A stretch of DNA of 64,000 nucleotides, from NCBI GenBank assembly GCA_045863295.1, contig BTWA01000012.1, positions 32,001 through 96,000 of the forward strand, read 5' to 3'. The DNA comes from Candidatus Hydrogenedentota bacterium. Its GTDB lineage: Bacteria; Hydrogenedentota; Hydrogenedentia; Hydrogenedentales; SLHB01. Below, in pieces: positions 29,731-40,063 of the stretch. The notes under the pieces were generated by a model. The model saw only the letters and a program-made list of their open reading frames with translations, had not been told where the DNA came from and ran no database searches. The first letter of the stretch is position 1. Every line of letters begins with the position of its first letter. The position numbers were made by a program, and so were the translations under genes.

Positions 29731-30510
29731 TTAAAGGTGAATTTCTCCGGTGAGAAACAAAGCGGCTGTGCCAGCTACGGATACACGATCACCCTTGTCT
29801 TCGCAGGCAACGGCGCCTCCCCTGTGCGACACTTGGCGGGCGTTCAGCCGCGACTTTCCAAGGCGTGCGGCCCAATACGGGGCCAATGTGCAAAAGGCCG
29901 AACCGGTAACGGGGTCCTCCGGGATACCTTGACGTGGGGCAAAGAAGCGGCAGACAAAATCGCATGATTCGCCTGGCGCACAGATGGTAAAGGCAAACGT
30001 GTCAAATGCCGCGATCTTGGTCATGTCCGGTTCGACCGTGCGCACAGCAGCTTCAGATTCCAGCACCAAAACGGTATCTCGGGCGACAAGAGATTCCAGC
30101 ACCTTTGCACCAATTGCGTCTGCCAGGTTCGCATCAGTCGGTACTGGTTTACCGGGACGTGCCGGAAAGTCCATCGCAAGTAAATTACCCTCGCGCGTTA
30201 CCGACAATTGCCCGGAAAGGGTCTCAAATTCCACCCGATCCCCTGAATAGTCTAGGCAGTTGAACAGGATATGAGCTGTTGCCAATGTGGCATGACCGCA
30301 TAGGTCGACTTCAGTCGTGGGAGTGAACCAACGCAGTCTGAATACGTCTCCCTCCTGCACAAAAAAGGCGGTCTCGGACAAGTTGTTTTCCGCAGCGATG
30401 GATTGAAGTAGGTCGTCGTCCAACCAATTTGGCAGGGGACAGACGGCTGCGGGGTTGCCGCCAAAGATTTTGTCAGAGAACGCATCCACTTGAAATACGG
30501 GAATATTCAT
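29731..30510 (-). CDS. PhzF family isomerase
   Basis: QVDAF...GNPAAV, SETAF, EVDLCGHATLA, EDPVTGSA. Confidence 0.93.
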   Translation of the reverse strand: MNIPVFQVDAFSDKIFGGNPAAVCPLPNWLDDDLLQSIAAENNLSETAFFVQEGDVFRLRWFTPTTEVDLCGHATLATAHILFNCLDYSGDRVEFETLSGQLSVTREGNLLAMDFPARPGKPVPTDANLADAIGAKVLESLVARDTVLVLESEAAVRTVEPDMTKIAAFDTFAFTICAPGESCDFVCRFFAPRQGIPEDPVTGSAFCTLAPYWAARLGKSRLNARQVSHRGGAVACEDKGDRVSVAGTAALFLTGEIHL

Positions 30511-30804
30511 GCGAAATCCTTCCGGCTCTGAATTGTCCGATTGTGTTCTTTCACGAGGTCATGCCTACTGGTTGCTTCAAAGCAAGTTAGGGATTGCTAG
30601 CGGCTGTTTGCCTATAACCTTGCCGCTTTTCCGTGCATAGGCCGTTTGCGCTTTGGGATATAGGCGCTTGGGCAAGCATAGTGCAATTCCAAACCCATTG
30701 CCGATAAGGGTTACGCATTGGTATAGTCATCGGCAAGGCCCGGCCTTGGCGGGTAGAGGCCGGACAGGGCCCATCGGGAGGGCCGACGGAAGGAGCGTAC
30801 GGGT

Positions 30805-31776
30805 ATGACGGTTCTGAAAGTATTGGGTTTCAGCGTCGCGGTCTTGGGGTTGATCGGGGTGCTTGGCTGTGTTCGTGCGCGACCCGGTGCGCCCCACGGC
30901 GTGACCGATGTAATTGCCCACCGAGGCTCGAGTGCGTACGCGCCGGAGAATACCCTTGCTGCTTTTAAGATGGCCAAGGAGCAGGGTGCGGATTGGTTTG
31001 AATTGGACTGTAGGCTCAGCGAAGACGGCCAAGTGGTCGTGATTCACGATGAGACGGTAGATCGTACCACGAATGGAACAGGATACGTTCGCGAGTTGGC
31101 GTTGCACGATTTGCAGAATCTGGACGCGGGCACGTGGAAGGGGCCTGAGTTCGAGGGAGAGCGTATCCCGACTCTGGGACAGGCGCTCGATTTCGCAAAG
31201 TGGAAAATCGGCGTCTATTGCGAAATCAAGAGCGACGACGATGACACTCTGCTGATTGAGCGGATCAAGGAGCGCTCGAAAGGAATTGCAAAGGCCGACT
31301 TTCAGTTTAAGCAGGACATCATGGCGATGATTGAAGCCAGCGGAACTCGAAACCTGGAACTCACGCGCAAGGCTATTGTGGAGATTCTGAACCGGCGCAT
31401 GTGGCGGCAGGTTGTCATTCAATCATTTTCTCCGGTCATTTGTGCCATCGTGGCAATCGAAGCTCCGCAGATACGAGTGGAATATCTTGGCGGCGAAGAT
31501 CCAGATGTACCGGGGTCGTGGGAAGAGTATTTGCGGATGGGCTATTTGCTCGACGTGGACGGATTCAACATCAATCGACAATCGGTGACTGAAGGACGAA
31601 TCGCGGCGTTTCACGAGGCAGGCAAGACCTGTGCAGTTTGGACAGTGGACGAACTTGAAGAAATCGATCGGCTGATTACTTGGGGTGTCGATGGAGTCAT
31701 TTCAAACAAGCCAGAAATTGTATTCAATTCGACCCGCGAGAAGCAGTGGGTTGGCGCTCCCTACAAGGCGAAATAG
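30805..31776 (+). CDS. Glycerophosphodiester phosphodiesterase, probable lipoprotein
   Basis: IAHRGSS, PENTL, FELDC, IHD, EIK, WTVD, GVDGVISN; lipobox-like VLGC. Confidence 0.9.
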   Translation: MTVLKVLGFSVAVLGLIGVLGCVRARPGAPHGVTDVIAHRGSSAYAPENTLAAFKMAKEQGADWFELDCRLSEDGQVVVIHDETVDRTTNGTGYVRELALHDLQNLDAGTWKGPEFEGERIPTLGQALDFAKWKIGVYCEIKSDDDDTLLIERIKERSKGIAKADFQFKQDIMAMIEASGTRNLELTRKAIVEILNRRMWRQVVIQSFSPVICAIVAIEAPQIRVEYLGGEDPDVPGSWEEYLRMGYLLDVDGFNINRQSVTEGRIAAFHEAGKTCAVWTVDELEEIDRLITWGVDGVISNKPEIVFNSTREKQWVGAPYKAK

Positions 31777-31807
31777 GCTACTTCCTTTCGACTAGTCACG
31801 AAAGACC

Positions 31808-31843
31808 AGGGCACCGGTCCACATAGGCCGGGAGCCCTTTTTT
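31808..31843 (+). terminator. Probable intrinsic terminator
   Basis: AGGGC-a-CCGGTC / GGCCGG-ga-GCCCT stem followed by a T run, about 30 bp after the phosphodiesterase stop. Confidence 0.6.
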
Positions 31844-31996
31844 GTCTTGCCCGGGTTCATGGGCTGGCGGTAAATAGGCGGGTAAGGGCGAAAACTTGAA
31901 AATTGCCCGGAGTTTGCGGGTGGGACCGTTCAATCACTGGGGTGATTGCGGTTTTTGAATACTATCCGACGGTACATTCTGTTCATTCGCGTTCAA

Positions 31997-32053
31997 ACCT
32001 GTTATATTTAACAGGTGCGTCTGGGGGAAGCCTGACAGGTATACCACCTGTTA
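31997..32053. promoter_or_regulatory. Interlocking inverted repeats of ACCTGTTA/TAACAGGT
   Basis: ACCTGTTA 31997, TAACAGGT 32009, TGACAGGT 32033, ACCTGTTA 32046. Confidence 0.5.
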
Positions 32054-32095
32054 CGATTTGGCGTGAAATTGTCAGTTACGTAAGGATGGGTAATC

Positions 32096-33217
32096 GTGGC
32101 AGAAAAGAACTCGGCGCAACTTGAAGAGTATCTGTACGTCGGCCTTGCCACGTTGTTTGATCCCAACGCACATCATGGTGGAGCTTCCCGGTTCCGTACG
32201 CTTGTTCGAGGTTGGCAACGTGATCGATTCCTCATGATGGATTGGCCAAGCGTTGAAGAGAAGGTGCTGCTGCTGCGCCCGGATAAACAATGTGTGGTTC
32301 AGTTTTTCAACAAGGGGCGTGCGTGTGGATTCAACACACAAATCCTGGATACAGGCAGTTCTCGGCAACCTTGCTTTCGAATTGAATGGCCAAGCACGTT
32401 TGAAGTTGTAGCCATCCGGCAGCATGAGCGGGCTCCAGTCAACGTCTCTTGTTGGATAACGGATACACATGGCGCGACCTTTGCCGGTATCCTGCGTGAC
32501 TTGAGTGCTGGTGGTTGTGGCGTGGTGATGGATACGCCGCTAGCCAAAGGGGCGTCAGCCAAGTTACGTTTTGCACTCAATAAAGTGACGGCCTTTGACG
32601 ATGTAGAAGTGGTCGTACGCAGCTTTGCCGAGGTTTCGGACGGTACGATGTTGGGCATGCAGTTTGTTAATATGTCCGAGGTCGTGGCCGATCAAATCGA
32701 GCTTTACGTTGCGATGGCGCTCGGTCAGTTGAGAAATATGACTTCAACCGCGCAGCGCGTGCTCATCTTCGAAGGACCTGGTGCCGCCGACAACCCGGTT
32801 CGCGATCAATTGGAAGCGTTAGGATATGAGGTCACTAGCTCCTCCAATTTGGTGGACGGATTTTACCAATTGAAGCTGCTTTTGCCCGATCTGCTGATTA
32901 TCCGCCAAGATATGCCGGACATGACCGGCGACGCAATTTGCAGGATAATTCGCAAGTCGCACGGATGCGAGGCGCTGCCGCTCTTGGTGCACGGCGCCTC
33001 CAATCCTACAGCGAAAACGAAAGCAGAAGAAGCAGGTGCTACCGGATACCTGTCGGATATCGCCGCATTGGTTCAAAAGACCGCAGCGATATTAAAGGAG
33101 GCGGCCCCGGCCGGGCCCGTGCCGGTGGAACCGGAAAATGCCGCCGAAGGCGACTCGATGATCAACACAGCGATGCCGGCGGAAGCCGAATCGGCCGCTG
33201 TCCAGAATGCAGAGTAG
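32096..33217 (+). CDS. YcgR-like (PilZN-PilZ) c-di-GMP effector with C-terminal pseudo-receiver domain
   Basis: RQHER (RxxxR) and DLSAGG (DxSxxG). REC-like domain PDLLIIRQDMPDMTG lacks the phospho-Asp. GTG start. Confidence 0.8.
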   Translation: MAEKNSAQLEEYLYVGLATLFDPNAHHGGASRFRTLVRGWQRDRFLMMDWPSVEEKVLLLRPDKQCVVQFFNKGRACGFNTQILDTGSSRQPCFRIEWPSTFEVVAIRQHERAPVNVSCWITDTHGATFAGILRDLSAGGCGVVMDTPLAKGASAKLRFALNKVTAFDDVEVVVRSFAEVSDGTMLGMQFVNMSEVVADQIELYVAMALGQLRNMTSTAQRVLIFEGPGAADNPVRDQLEALGYEVTSSSNLVDGFYQLKLLLPDLLIIRQDMPDMTGDAICRIIRKSHGCEALPLLVHGASNPTAKTKAEEAGATGYLSDIAALVQKTAAILKEAAPAGPVPVEPENAAEGDSMINTAMPAEAESAAVQNAE

Positions 33218-33223
33218 ATCTCT

Positions 33224-34288
33224 ATGGATCCCGAGGCTGTTGAAAAGTTCTTCCATGTCGGACAACTCGCATTCTTCCATCTTGAACCCCGCGATCCTGC
33301 ACAGTTGGGAGTCAAATGCTACATTCGTGGCTGGCAACGGGGTTCCTATGTGCTAGTGGATATGCCTGATCCTGGCGAACACCACCTGCGAACAGGACAG
33401 GGGTGCAGCATTCGATTTGTGACGGACGAAGGATGCGCATGCCGGTTCGTGTCAAAAATCGGGGATTTGGGCTCGGGTATCTGTTTTTCGTTTGCTCGAG
33501 TTGCATGGCCGAGCATGGTTGCCAATATGCCCATACGCCGGCATCAGCGGTTGGCGTTCTCGTGTCCATGTACGGTTTTTTCCGACGAGGCAACCTCGGT
33601 TCCAGCAAATATCATTGACTTGAGCCGTGGCGGCTGTAAGATCGATTGCGCCATGCCGTTCGCCAAAGATACACAGCTTCATCTATCTTTTCGTTTGCCA
33701 GACGGTTCGATAATTGACGGGATTCCTGCTTCCGTATTAAGTATTTCGCGAGGAAAGCATACTCAAACGGTTCGTTGCCTTTTTGTAGATCCCGAAGAGA
33801 GCCATATTTACGACATTGAGTTCTACATCGCATCGACCTTGGCGCGTCAGCGTGGTTCAATGGATGCGATTCGTCGGGTGTTACTCGTCGAGCCGAACGA
33901 ACGCGAAGCCGAGCGCATCTGGGTGATGCTGCGGGATCGGGGATTCGAAGCATTTATTACGCATAACCTGGTAGACGCGTTTTTTCAATTGCGAAATCAG
34001 CCGCCGGCAGGCGTATTAATCAACGCGTCTATGCCTTCGGTAAGCGGAGTGCAGGCTTGCCGGACATTGCGCGGAATGAGGCAGTTTAAAAACCTTCCCA
34101 TCGTTATCTATGGTCCAGATGTGCCGAATCTGAAGAAAGAAGCCGTGGATGCAGGAGTCACAGCCTACGTAACGGATATGAGCACAGCGCGTGAGTTGAC
34201 AAGTCACTTCGCGGACGAACCAAATTCGAATCTGGAACCTACCCATAGCCATTCCATTCATGAAGCCGCCGGCGCCGCCGATTCGTAG
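33224..34288 (+). CDS. YcgR-like PilZ protein with pseudo-receiver domain, paralog 2
   Basis: RRHQR and DLSRGG; REC-like PAGVLINASMP. Shares RGWQR and NLVD motifs with the upstream gene. Confidence 0.8.
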   Translation: MDPEAVEKFFHVGQLAFFHLEPRDPAQLGVKCYIRGWQRGSYVLVDMPDPGEHHLRTGQGCSIRFVTDEGCACRFVSKIGDLGSGICFSFARVAWPSMVANMPIRRHQRLAFSCPCTVFSDEATSVPANIIDLSRGGCKIDCAMPFAKDTQLHLSFRLPDGSIIDGIPASVLSISRGKHTQTVRCLFVDPEESHIYDIEFYIASTLARQRGSMDAIRRVLLVEPNEREAERIWVMLRDRGFEAFITHNLVDAFFQLRNQPPAGVLINASMPSVSGVQACRTLRGMRQFKNLPIVIYGPDVPNLKKEAVDAGVTAYVTDMSTARELTSHFADEPNSNLEPTHSHSIHEAAGAADS

Positions 34289-34312
34289 TATGCACGCGAC
34301 AAAATAATTGGA

Positions 34313-35437
34313 TCAGAATACGCGCAAGGTCACACAGGTGAGGTAGTCCGTTTCCGGCATACTCAGCAACACCGGATGATCGCGTGAGGCGCCCTTGCGG
34401 GAAAGTACCCAGACTTCGCGCCTTGCCGCCCTCGCCGCTCGTTTAATCATCTCCATGAATGCAGCCATGTCTACGAAGTGCGAACATGATGACGTCACCA
34501 GGATTCCACCCGAAACCAGAGACTTCATGGCTTCGCGATTGAGTGCTTGATAAACCCCGAGTGACTTTTCCACATGAGCACGGCTTTTCGCGAGCGCGGG
34601 TGGATCCAATACGACCACGTCGTACTGTTCGCCCCGGCGGAGCACGGTCTGAATGTCTTCACATTCAAATTTGATGATGCCTTCCAACCCGTTCGCCACG
34701 GCATTCATCATGGCAGTCTCGATTGCCGGCCTGGAAGAGTCGACGGCAAGTACTTTTGAAGCTCCCCCAATAGCTGCGTGACAACTCCAGAGTCCATTAT
34801 AGCAATGACCGTCCAGCACCCGCGCACCGCCCGAGTAAGCTGCAATATCGACGCAGTTCTCGCGTTGATCCAAGTAGAAGCCTGTCTTCTGTCCGCTCTC
34901 GACATTTATGGAAAACTGAAGATCGTTGATCGTAACAGACACGGGATTCACCGCTTCGCCAAACCACTGAATATCCTTGCCGACTGCAATGCGTACGGAG
35001 TGTACGCTGGTATCCTCCATAAACGCATTGGCCAACTCGGCTCGTACATGACCATAGAACGCGCAAGGTGAATGAACCGTAACGACCGATCCAAAGCGGT
35101 CTGCTATCAAACCGGGCAGTTCGTCACTTTCGCCGTATATCCAACGGTACACATTGGAGGCGGGAAAAAGTCGTTCACGAAAAAGTCTCGCTCGCTCTAT
35201 GCGTCTGCGCAGGAACGGCCCATCAATGGCATCGGCGTGCCGGGTAAGCAAGCGTACGGCAATTCCGCCGTCGCTCTGATAGAAACCCCTTCCGACCAAC
35301 TTCTTGGTGTCCGAAAGCACTTCAACAATTTGACCGTCTGCCAACGGCGGTAACGGTTCAAATTCATTGCGAAAGGCCCAAAGATGTCCACGCGCAAGTC
35401 TTCGGTCTTCTTTTTGTTTGAGACGTACCTTTTCCAT
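34313..35437 (-). CDS. rlmI: RlmI-family SAM-dependent rRNA m5C methyltransferase
   Basis: PUA-like GHLWAF, GESDELPGLIADRF, GQKTGFYLDQRENC, LDPPALAK, SSCS. Confidence 0.85.
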   Translation of the reverse strand: MEKVRLKQKEDRRLARGHLWAFRNEFEPLPPLADGQIVEVLSDTKKLVGRGFYQSDGGIAVRLLTRHADAIDGPFLRRRIERARLFRERLFPASNVYRWIYGESDELPGLIADRFGSVVTVHSPCAFYGHVRAELANAFMEDTSVHSVRIAVGKDIQWFGEAVNPVSVTINDLQFSINVESGQKTGFYLDQRENCVDIAAYSGGARVLDGHCYNGLWSCHAAIGGASKVLAVDSSRPAIETAMMNAVANGLEGIIKFECEDIQTVLRRGEQYDVVVLDPPALAKSRAHVEKSLGVYQALNREAMKSLVSGGILVTSSCSHFVDMAAFMEMIKRAARAARREVWVLSRKGASRDHPVLLSMPETDYLTCVTLRVF

Positions 35438-35509
35438 TTCAAGTCCCTTGCAAATAGGAAAACCCGGCAGAAACGCATAACGGCGCCGCACCGGGTATAC
35501 AAAAGTCGA

Positions 35510-36418
35510 CTACAATTGCGACCATGCAGCGTTAAGCTTTTGCTTGGATTCCGCGATGATTTCGCCGGGGGTCTCACCCTTCATTGGTTTAACTTCAAAA
35601 CTTACAACGCGAGGAGAGCCGGACACCAAGTAGCCTGCGTTCATGAGTGCTCTTAGATACTCAGTCAGTTCAGGAACGTCGTTTCTCGTGCCGGGGGCGC
35701 CAAAGCGCGGATGATTGTCACCGTATGCTGGATGCTCAGGATCATCCATAGCGCAATTACCGATGTGTGCATGAATCAGGTGACTGCCCGCAGCTGGAAT
35801 GGCGTCGGCGCTCGACTCGTACTGAAGCGGTAGATGGCTCAAATCGAGCATAATGCCGAAGTCAGGATAGTCTTGGCGAACCTGTTCCGAAACAGCCACT
35901 GCGTCCGCGGTGGGACCGATTAGACAGTTTTTACCAAAGGGAACCTGGTCGAAGACTTCCAGTACGAGTGGCAAACCGTACATATGTGCATGTGCGCACA
36001 ATGTGGTAAGCGATTCCACCAGACGAGCCATGGAAGCCTGCTTGTCCGGATAGACTTTGCCGCTCAACACGGCGACGCCCTTGGCCTCCAATTCGGCCGC
36101 CTGATCGATTGCGGCCTTCACGGCCTCAAGCGCTTTAGCCCGTTCCGTTGATTCTGGGTGATTCAAGTCGAGCGCGCCTCCAAGTAAGATTGGCTGCGCG
36201 CCGAAGTACAGGTCCACGCCATTGTCCTTGGCAAGGGTCTTTATAGTTCTGCGATTTGAAGGGTCAGTAACTCGCGTGATTTCAAGCACCTGGAAGTACG
36301 GGTCCTCGGCAAGTGACCGGACGGTCTCCACCACCGGGCCTTCGCCTGCCATACAGGCCGGATATGCCATAAAATGGACAATGCCAACTTTCATGTAATC
36401 AATGAGTGGCGTATTCAC
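35510..36418 (-). CDS. Sugar phosphate isomerase/epimerase (xylose-isomerase-like TIM barrel)
   Basis: Metal ligands VLE, DLSH, HAH, SFE. Starts 2 bp after gnd. Confidence 0.8.
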   Translation of the reverse strand: MNTPLIDYMKVGIVHFMAYPACMAGEGPVVETVRSLAEDPYFQVLEITRVTDPSNRRTIKTLAKDNGVDLYFGAQPILLGGALDLNHPESTERAKALEAVKAAIDQAAELEAKGVAVLSGKVYPDKQASMARLVESLTTLCAHAHMYGLPLVLEVFDQVPFGKNCLIGPTADAVAVSEQVRQDYPDFGIMLDLSHLPLQYESSADAIPAAGSHLIHAHIGNCAMDDPEHPAYGDNHPRFGAPGTRNDVPELTEYLRALMNAGYLVSGSPRVVSFEVKPMKGETPGEIIAESKQKLNAAWSQL

Positions 36419-36420
36419 TT

Positions 36421-37869
36421 TTATACCGTATAGGTCGTGGCAGATGTACTGCCGCCCCGCCCGGTCCAGTTTGTGTGAAAGAACTGCCCGCGAGGTTTGT
36501 CAATCCGCTCGTAGGTATGGGCGCCGAAGTAATCGCGCTGTGCCTGAAGCAAGTTTGCCGGAAGCCTTCCAGTGCGATAACCGTCAAAGAATGCCAGAGC
36601 GGATCCAATAGCAGGCACTGGAATGCCCATACCGACCGCGGCCGTGACTACTCGGCGCCAAGCGGCTTGAGCGTTTTGCACCTCTTTCGCAAAAAATGGG
36701 TCGATAAGCAAGTTGACGAGGTCGTGATTCTTATCAAAGGCTTCTTTGATTCTACCCAGGAACACGGAACGTATGATGCACCCTCCACGCCACATCAAGG
36801 CGATACCGCCATAATTGAGATTCCATTTGTACTCCGTCGCGGCGGCGCGCATGAGCTGATAACCCTGTGCATAACTGACAATCTTCGAGGCATACAAGGC
36901 CTGTTCCAGGTCAGCAAGAAATGCGCTTTTATCACCGTCAAAAGTCGTGTATGTACCGGATAGGACCTTGTCAGCGGCAACTCGTTCTTCTTTAAGAGCC
37001 GACAGGCAACGAGCAAATACGGCTTCTGAAATCAGTGTCAAGGGTTGACCGGTGTCCAGCGCGGAAATGACTGTCCATTTGCCCGTGCCTTTCTGACCCG
37101 CCGCATCCAGAATGCAATCGACCACATACGTACCATCTTCATCTGTGTACCCGAGTATGTCCCGCGTGATTTCAATGAGGTATGAGTCCAGTTTGCCTTT
37201 GTTCCATTCCGCAAAGACCTTGTGCATCTCCGCGTTCGTCAATCCGAGCCCGTCTTTCATGATCTGATAGATCTCGCAGATCATTTGCATGTCGCCATAC
37301 TCGATTCCATTGTGAACCATTTTGACAAAATGTCCGGCGCCGTTTTCGCCCACCCAGTCGCAACAAGCCTCTCCTTCGCTGGTCTTGGCAGAAATGCTTT
37401 GAAAGATGGGTTTGACGTGTTCCCAGGCTTTAGGTGACCCCCCGGGCATGATCGATGGTCCCTTCAACGCACCTTCTTCGCCGCCCGAAACCCCGGTACC
37501 TATATAGAGCAAGCCTTGGCTTTCCACGTAGGCCGTACGGCGGATACTGTCGGTGTAAAGAGAATTGCCTCCGTCAATGATTATGTCGCCGGGTTCCATG
37601 TGGGGAAGCAACTTTTCAATGAAGTCGTCCACGGCTTGTCCCGCTTTCACCAGCATCATTACCTTGCGCGGACGATTCAGATTCCTACACAACTCTTCAA
37701 TGCTATGACAGCCAATAAACTTTTTGTTCTTACCACGTCCATTGACAAAGGCATCGACCTTGTCCAAGGTGCGATTGTAGACCGCCACGGTATAGCCGTG
37801 GCTTTCCATGTTCAAAACCAAATTCTCACCCATTACCGCAAGGCCGATAAGGCCAATATCTGCAGACAC
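36421..37869 (-). CDS. gndA: NADP-dependent 6-phosphogluconate dehydrogenase (decarboxylating)
   Basis: GLIGLAVMGENL, YNRT, VSGGEEGA, KMVHNGIEY, QKGTG, QAQRDYFGAH. GTG start follows AAGGAG. Confidence 0.97.
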   Translation of the reverse strand: MSADIGLIGLAVMGENLVLNMESHGYTVAVYNRTLDKVDAFVNGRGKNKKFIGCHSIEELCRNLNRPRKVMMLVKAGQAVDDFIEKLLPHMEPGDIIIDGGNSLYTDSIRRTAYVESQGLLYIGTGVSGGEEGALKGPSIMPGGSPKAWEHVKPIFQSISAKTSEGEACCDWVGENGAGHFVKMVHNGIEYGDMQMICEIYQIMKDGLGLTNAEMHKVFAEWNKGKLDSYLIEITRDILGYTDEDGTYVVDCILDAAGQKGTGKWTVISALDTGQPLTLISEAVFARCLSALKEERVAADKVLSGTYTTFDGDKSAFLADLEQALYASKIVSYAQGYQLMRAAATEYKWNLNYGGIALMWRGGCIIRSVFLGRIKEAFDKNHDLVNLLIDPFFAKEVQNAQAAWRRVVTAAVGMGIPVPAIGSALAFFDGYRTGRLPANLLQAQRDYFGAHTYERIDKPRGQFFHTNWTGRGGSTSATTYTV

Positions 37870-38085
37870 GATTCCGCTCCTTTGCTTGTTGCCCACCAAT
37901 CCAATCCGGATTCCGAATGGCTGTGTAGGTTAGGATGTCCCGAAGCTATTCAATGGAAAGAAACTTGATTCTGTGTCGACAGGCATACGCGATTTGAAGC
38001 GCGTCATCGCCATTTTCGATGAATCCCAATTCTCGTATCATAGCATTCAAGGCAAGCCATGCTCCAACCCAGCGCACCTGTTCGG

Positions 38086-38715
38086 TTATTGGTCGGCGTT
38101 ATGGGGGAGGTATTCGCTGTCGTACGTCTGGCGTTCGGCCTTCAAATACTCGTCGACTCTGCGTTCACGTCTTTCCGAGGCCAGCCTGGCTCGTCGTTGC
38201 CGTGCCAGGGAGAGCCTCCGAAGTGCAGACACTCGTTTACGATGCAACCGGGCCATTGCCATCGAGGCGAGCATTACAGCGCAGAGAGCGGCCGTGCCCG
38301 CGAACCATGGGAAGTGCGTTTCAACGACGTAGGGCGGCCGATAGGTGAGGAGTGCAGGGGGACTCTCCTCAAATCCCCGGCCTGCGGTGACCCAGACCTT
38401 GGTACTCTCCGTGATGCCCGGCAGTGCAGGGGGGATTACGCGAATTGTCCCGGGACCTGCAATCTTAATTCTGGTCTCCGCTACGATTTCTTTTCGGTCA
38501 ATCGGGTCGTCGGAGAATCCGAAACCCACCCAATCGGCCTTATCAAGCCCGGCGCCGGTGATTGTAATCTCCGGCGGCTTGTCTGCTCTGACAACCTGGG
38601 GAGCGATTTGTTCGATGCTGAACTGCGACCCGACTTCTCCACGGCCGCATCCCTGTATCGAAACGGCTCCACAAAGAGCAATCAGCGCGATACTGGAATA
38701 CAGCCCAGCATTCAT
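38086..38715 (-). CDS. Hypothetical membrane protein with lipobox, Ig-like (IPT/TIG-like) domain, C-terminal TM and basic tail
   Basis: IQGC lipobox-like, EITITGAGL...IRVIPP...VWVT, TM followed by an Arg-rich segment. 4-bp overlap with pfp. Confidence 0.65.
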   Translation of the reverse strand: MNAGLYSSIALIALCGAVSIQGCGRGEVGSQFSIEQIAPQVVRADKPPEITITGAGLDKADWVGFGFSDDPIDRKEIVAETRIKIAGPGTIRVIPPALPGITESTKVWVTAGRGFEESPPALLTYRPPYVVETHFPWFAGTAALCAVMLASMAMARLHRKRVSALRRLSLARQRRARLASERRERRVDEYLKAERQTYDSEYLPHNADQ

Positions 38716-40010
38716 TTCTTCTTCTTTCGAATAGCTTCGAGTTGGTACGGAAGTAGTTTCTTGCTCGCGAACACGGGCTTAAACTGCGTGAATCGCTGTC
38801 GGCCATTGACTACCGGAACGCTTGCCCAGTCTTCGCCTACTAACGGCTTTACATACCGAAGAAAATCGTCGGAGACGTCAATCTTATTCGAGGTGATCCA
38901 ATCCTTCGGGAACGTCCGTTCGGAATTAGCTACTTTATCCAGTGGTACTTTGTCGTATCGTACATTGTAGATAGTGCCGGGTTCGCGGAGAATCGTCGCC
39001 ATCCACCCATTCTCACCGGAATGCGCGATCAGGGCCGCTTGCTGACCAACTTTGTACGCTTCGTCCAAGTCAACAATGGACGCGTAAACTGCGGTTGCAC
39101 GTTGATCGGTGCCTGAGACCTGGCCACGGGCGGCGCCCGGCACAGGCAGTCCGCGCTCGTTTAACATAGCCACTACCTGTGCTTGTACGCTCATTTTGGC
39201 GGAACCGTAATTTTTGTGGCCGAAGCTGTCGCGGACTTCGCCGCCGTCCGATCCAACCTCAAATCCTTCACTGACAACCACGATGCAGCGCCCGTCTTTC
39301 TTGAGCTGGTCGTTGACCCGGTCACACATTTCCGTTGCAGTCACGTCGGACTCGGCGAGGTAGATCTGGATCGGCAAATCCCTTTTAGGATCCGCCAGTC
39401 GCGCAGCTGCGGGAATGTAACCAATTTTGCGTCCCATCGCCTGGAGCACCAATACTGGGTCCGCCGGACACGAGCCCGCGTTTTCCTCGTTGGCATTTTG
39501 CACGACACTCATCCAGTAGCGAGCAACGCTGCCATATCCGGGAGTATGGTCAATGAGCTTGAATTCGGAATCGCCAACATCGTTGTCAATGGTCTTGGGC
39601 ACGCCCACGGCAACCAGATCCAGCCCTTTGTCGTGCGCCATTTTTGCTACCTTGTGGCACGTGTCCATGGAATCGTTGCCACCGGTGTAGAAAAAGTATC
39701 CCACGTTATGCGCCTTCATAACCTCGATGACGCGGTCAAAGTCTTCTTGCTGATCATTTTTCAGTTTGTAACGGCAGGTGCCTATAGAACCGGCAGCCGG
39801 AGTGTATCGCAACAAAGCGATTTCCTCTTCGGTCTGTGCGGACAGATCCAGCAGTTCTTCCTTCAATACACCTTCAATTCCGTGCCAACCGGCATAGATG
39901 GTCCCAAAAGTACTTGGAAACATTTTGCATGTTTCAATGACGCCACGCAGCGAACTGTTGATTACCGGGGAAGGGCCGCCCGATTGCGCCACAATTACGT
40001 TCTTACTCAT
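38712..40010 (-). CDS. pfp: PPi-dependent phosphofructokinase family protein
   Basis: QSGGPSPVIN, GGNDS and PKTIDND (Asp/Lys signature of PPi users), MGR, SEG. Confidence 0.85.
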   Translation of the reverse strand: MSKNVIVAQSGGPSPVINSSLRGVIETCKMFPSTFGTIYAGWHGIEGVLKEELLDLSAQTEEEIALLRYTPAAGSIGTCRYKLKNDQQEDFDRVIEVMKAHNVGYFFYTGGNDSMDTCHKVAKMAHDKGLDLVAVGVPKTIDNDVGDSEFKLIDHTPGYGSVARYWMSVVQNANEENAGSCPADPVLVLQAMGRKIGYIPAAARLADPKRDLPIQIYLAESDVTATEMCDRVNDQLKKDGRCIVVVSEGFEVGSDGGEVRDSFGHKNYGSAKMSVQAQVVAMLNERGLPVPGAARGQVSGTDQRATAVYASIVDLDEAYKVGQQAALIAHSGENGWMATILREPGTIYNVRYDKVPLDKVANSERTFPKDWITSNKIDVSDDFLRYVKPLVGEDWASVPVVNGRQRFTQFKPVFASKKLLPYQLEAIRKKKK

Positions 40011-40063
40011 TCGCGCTTCCTTCATTCTCTTGTCGAAAGTACCCGTACGTTTTCCAAACTCGA

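Noticed and set aside
30700..30707. GCCGATAA sigma28 -10 element
   Set aside because: No TAAA -35 element at the expected spacing.
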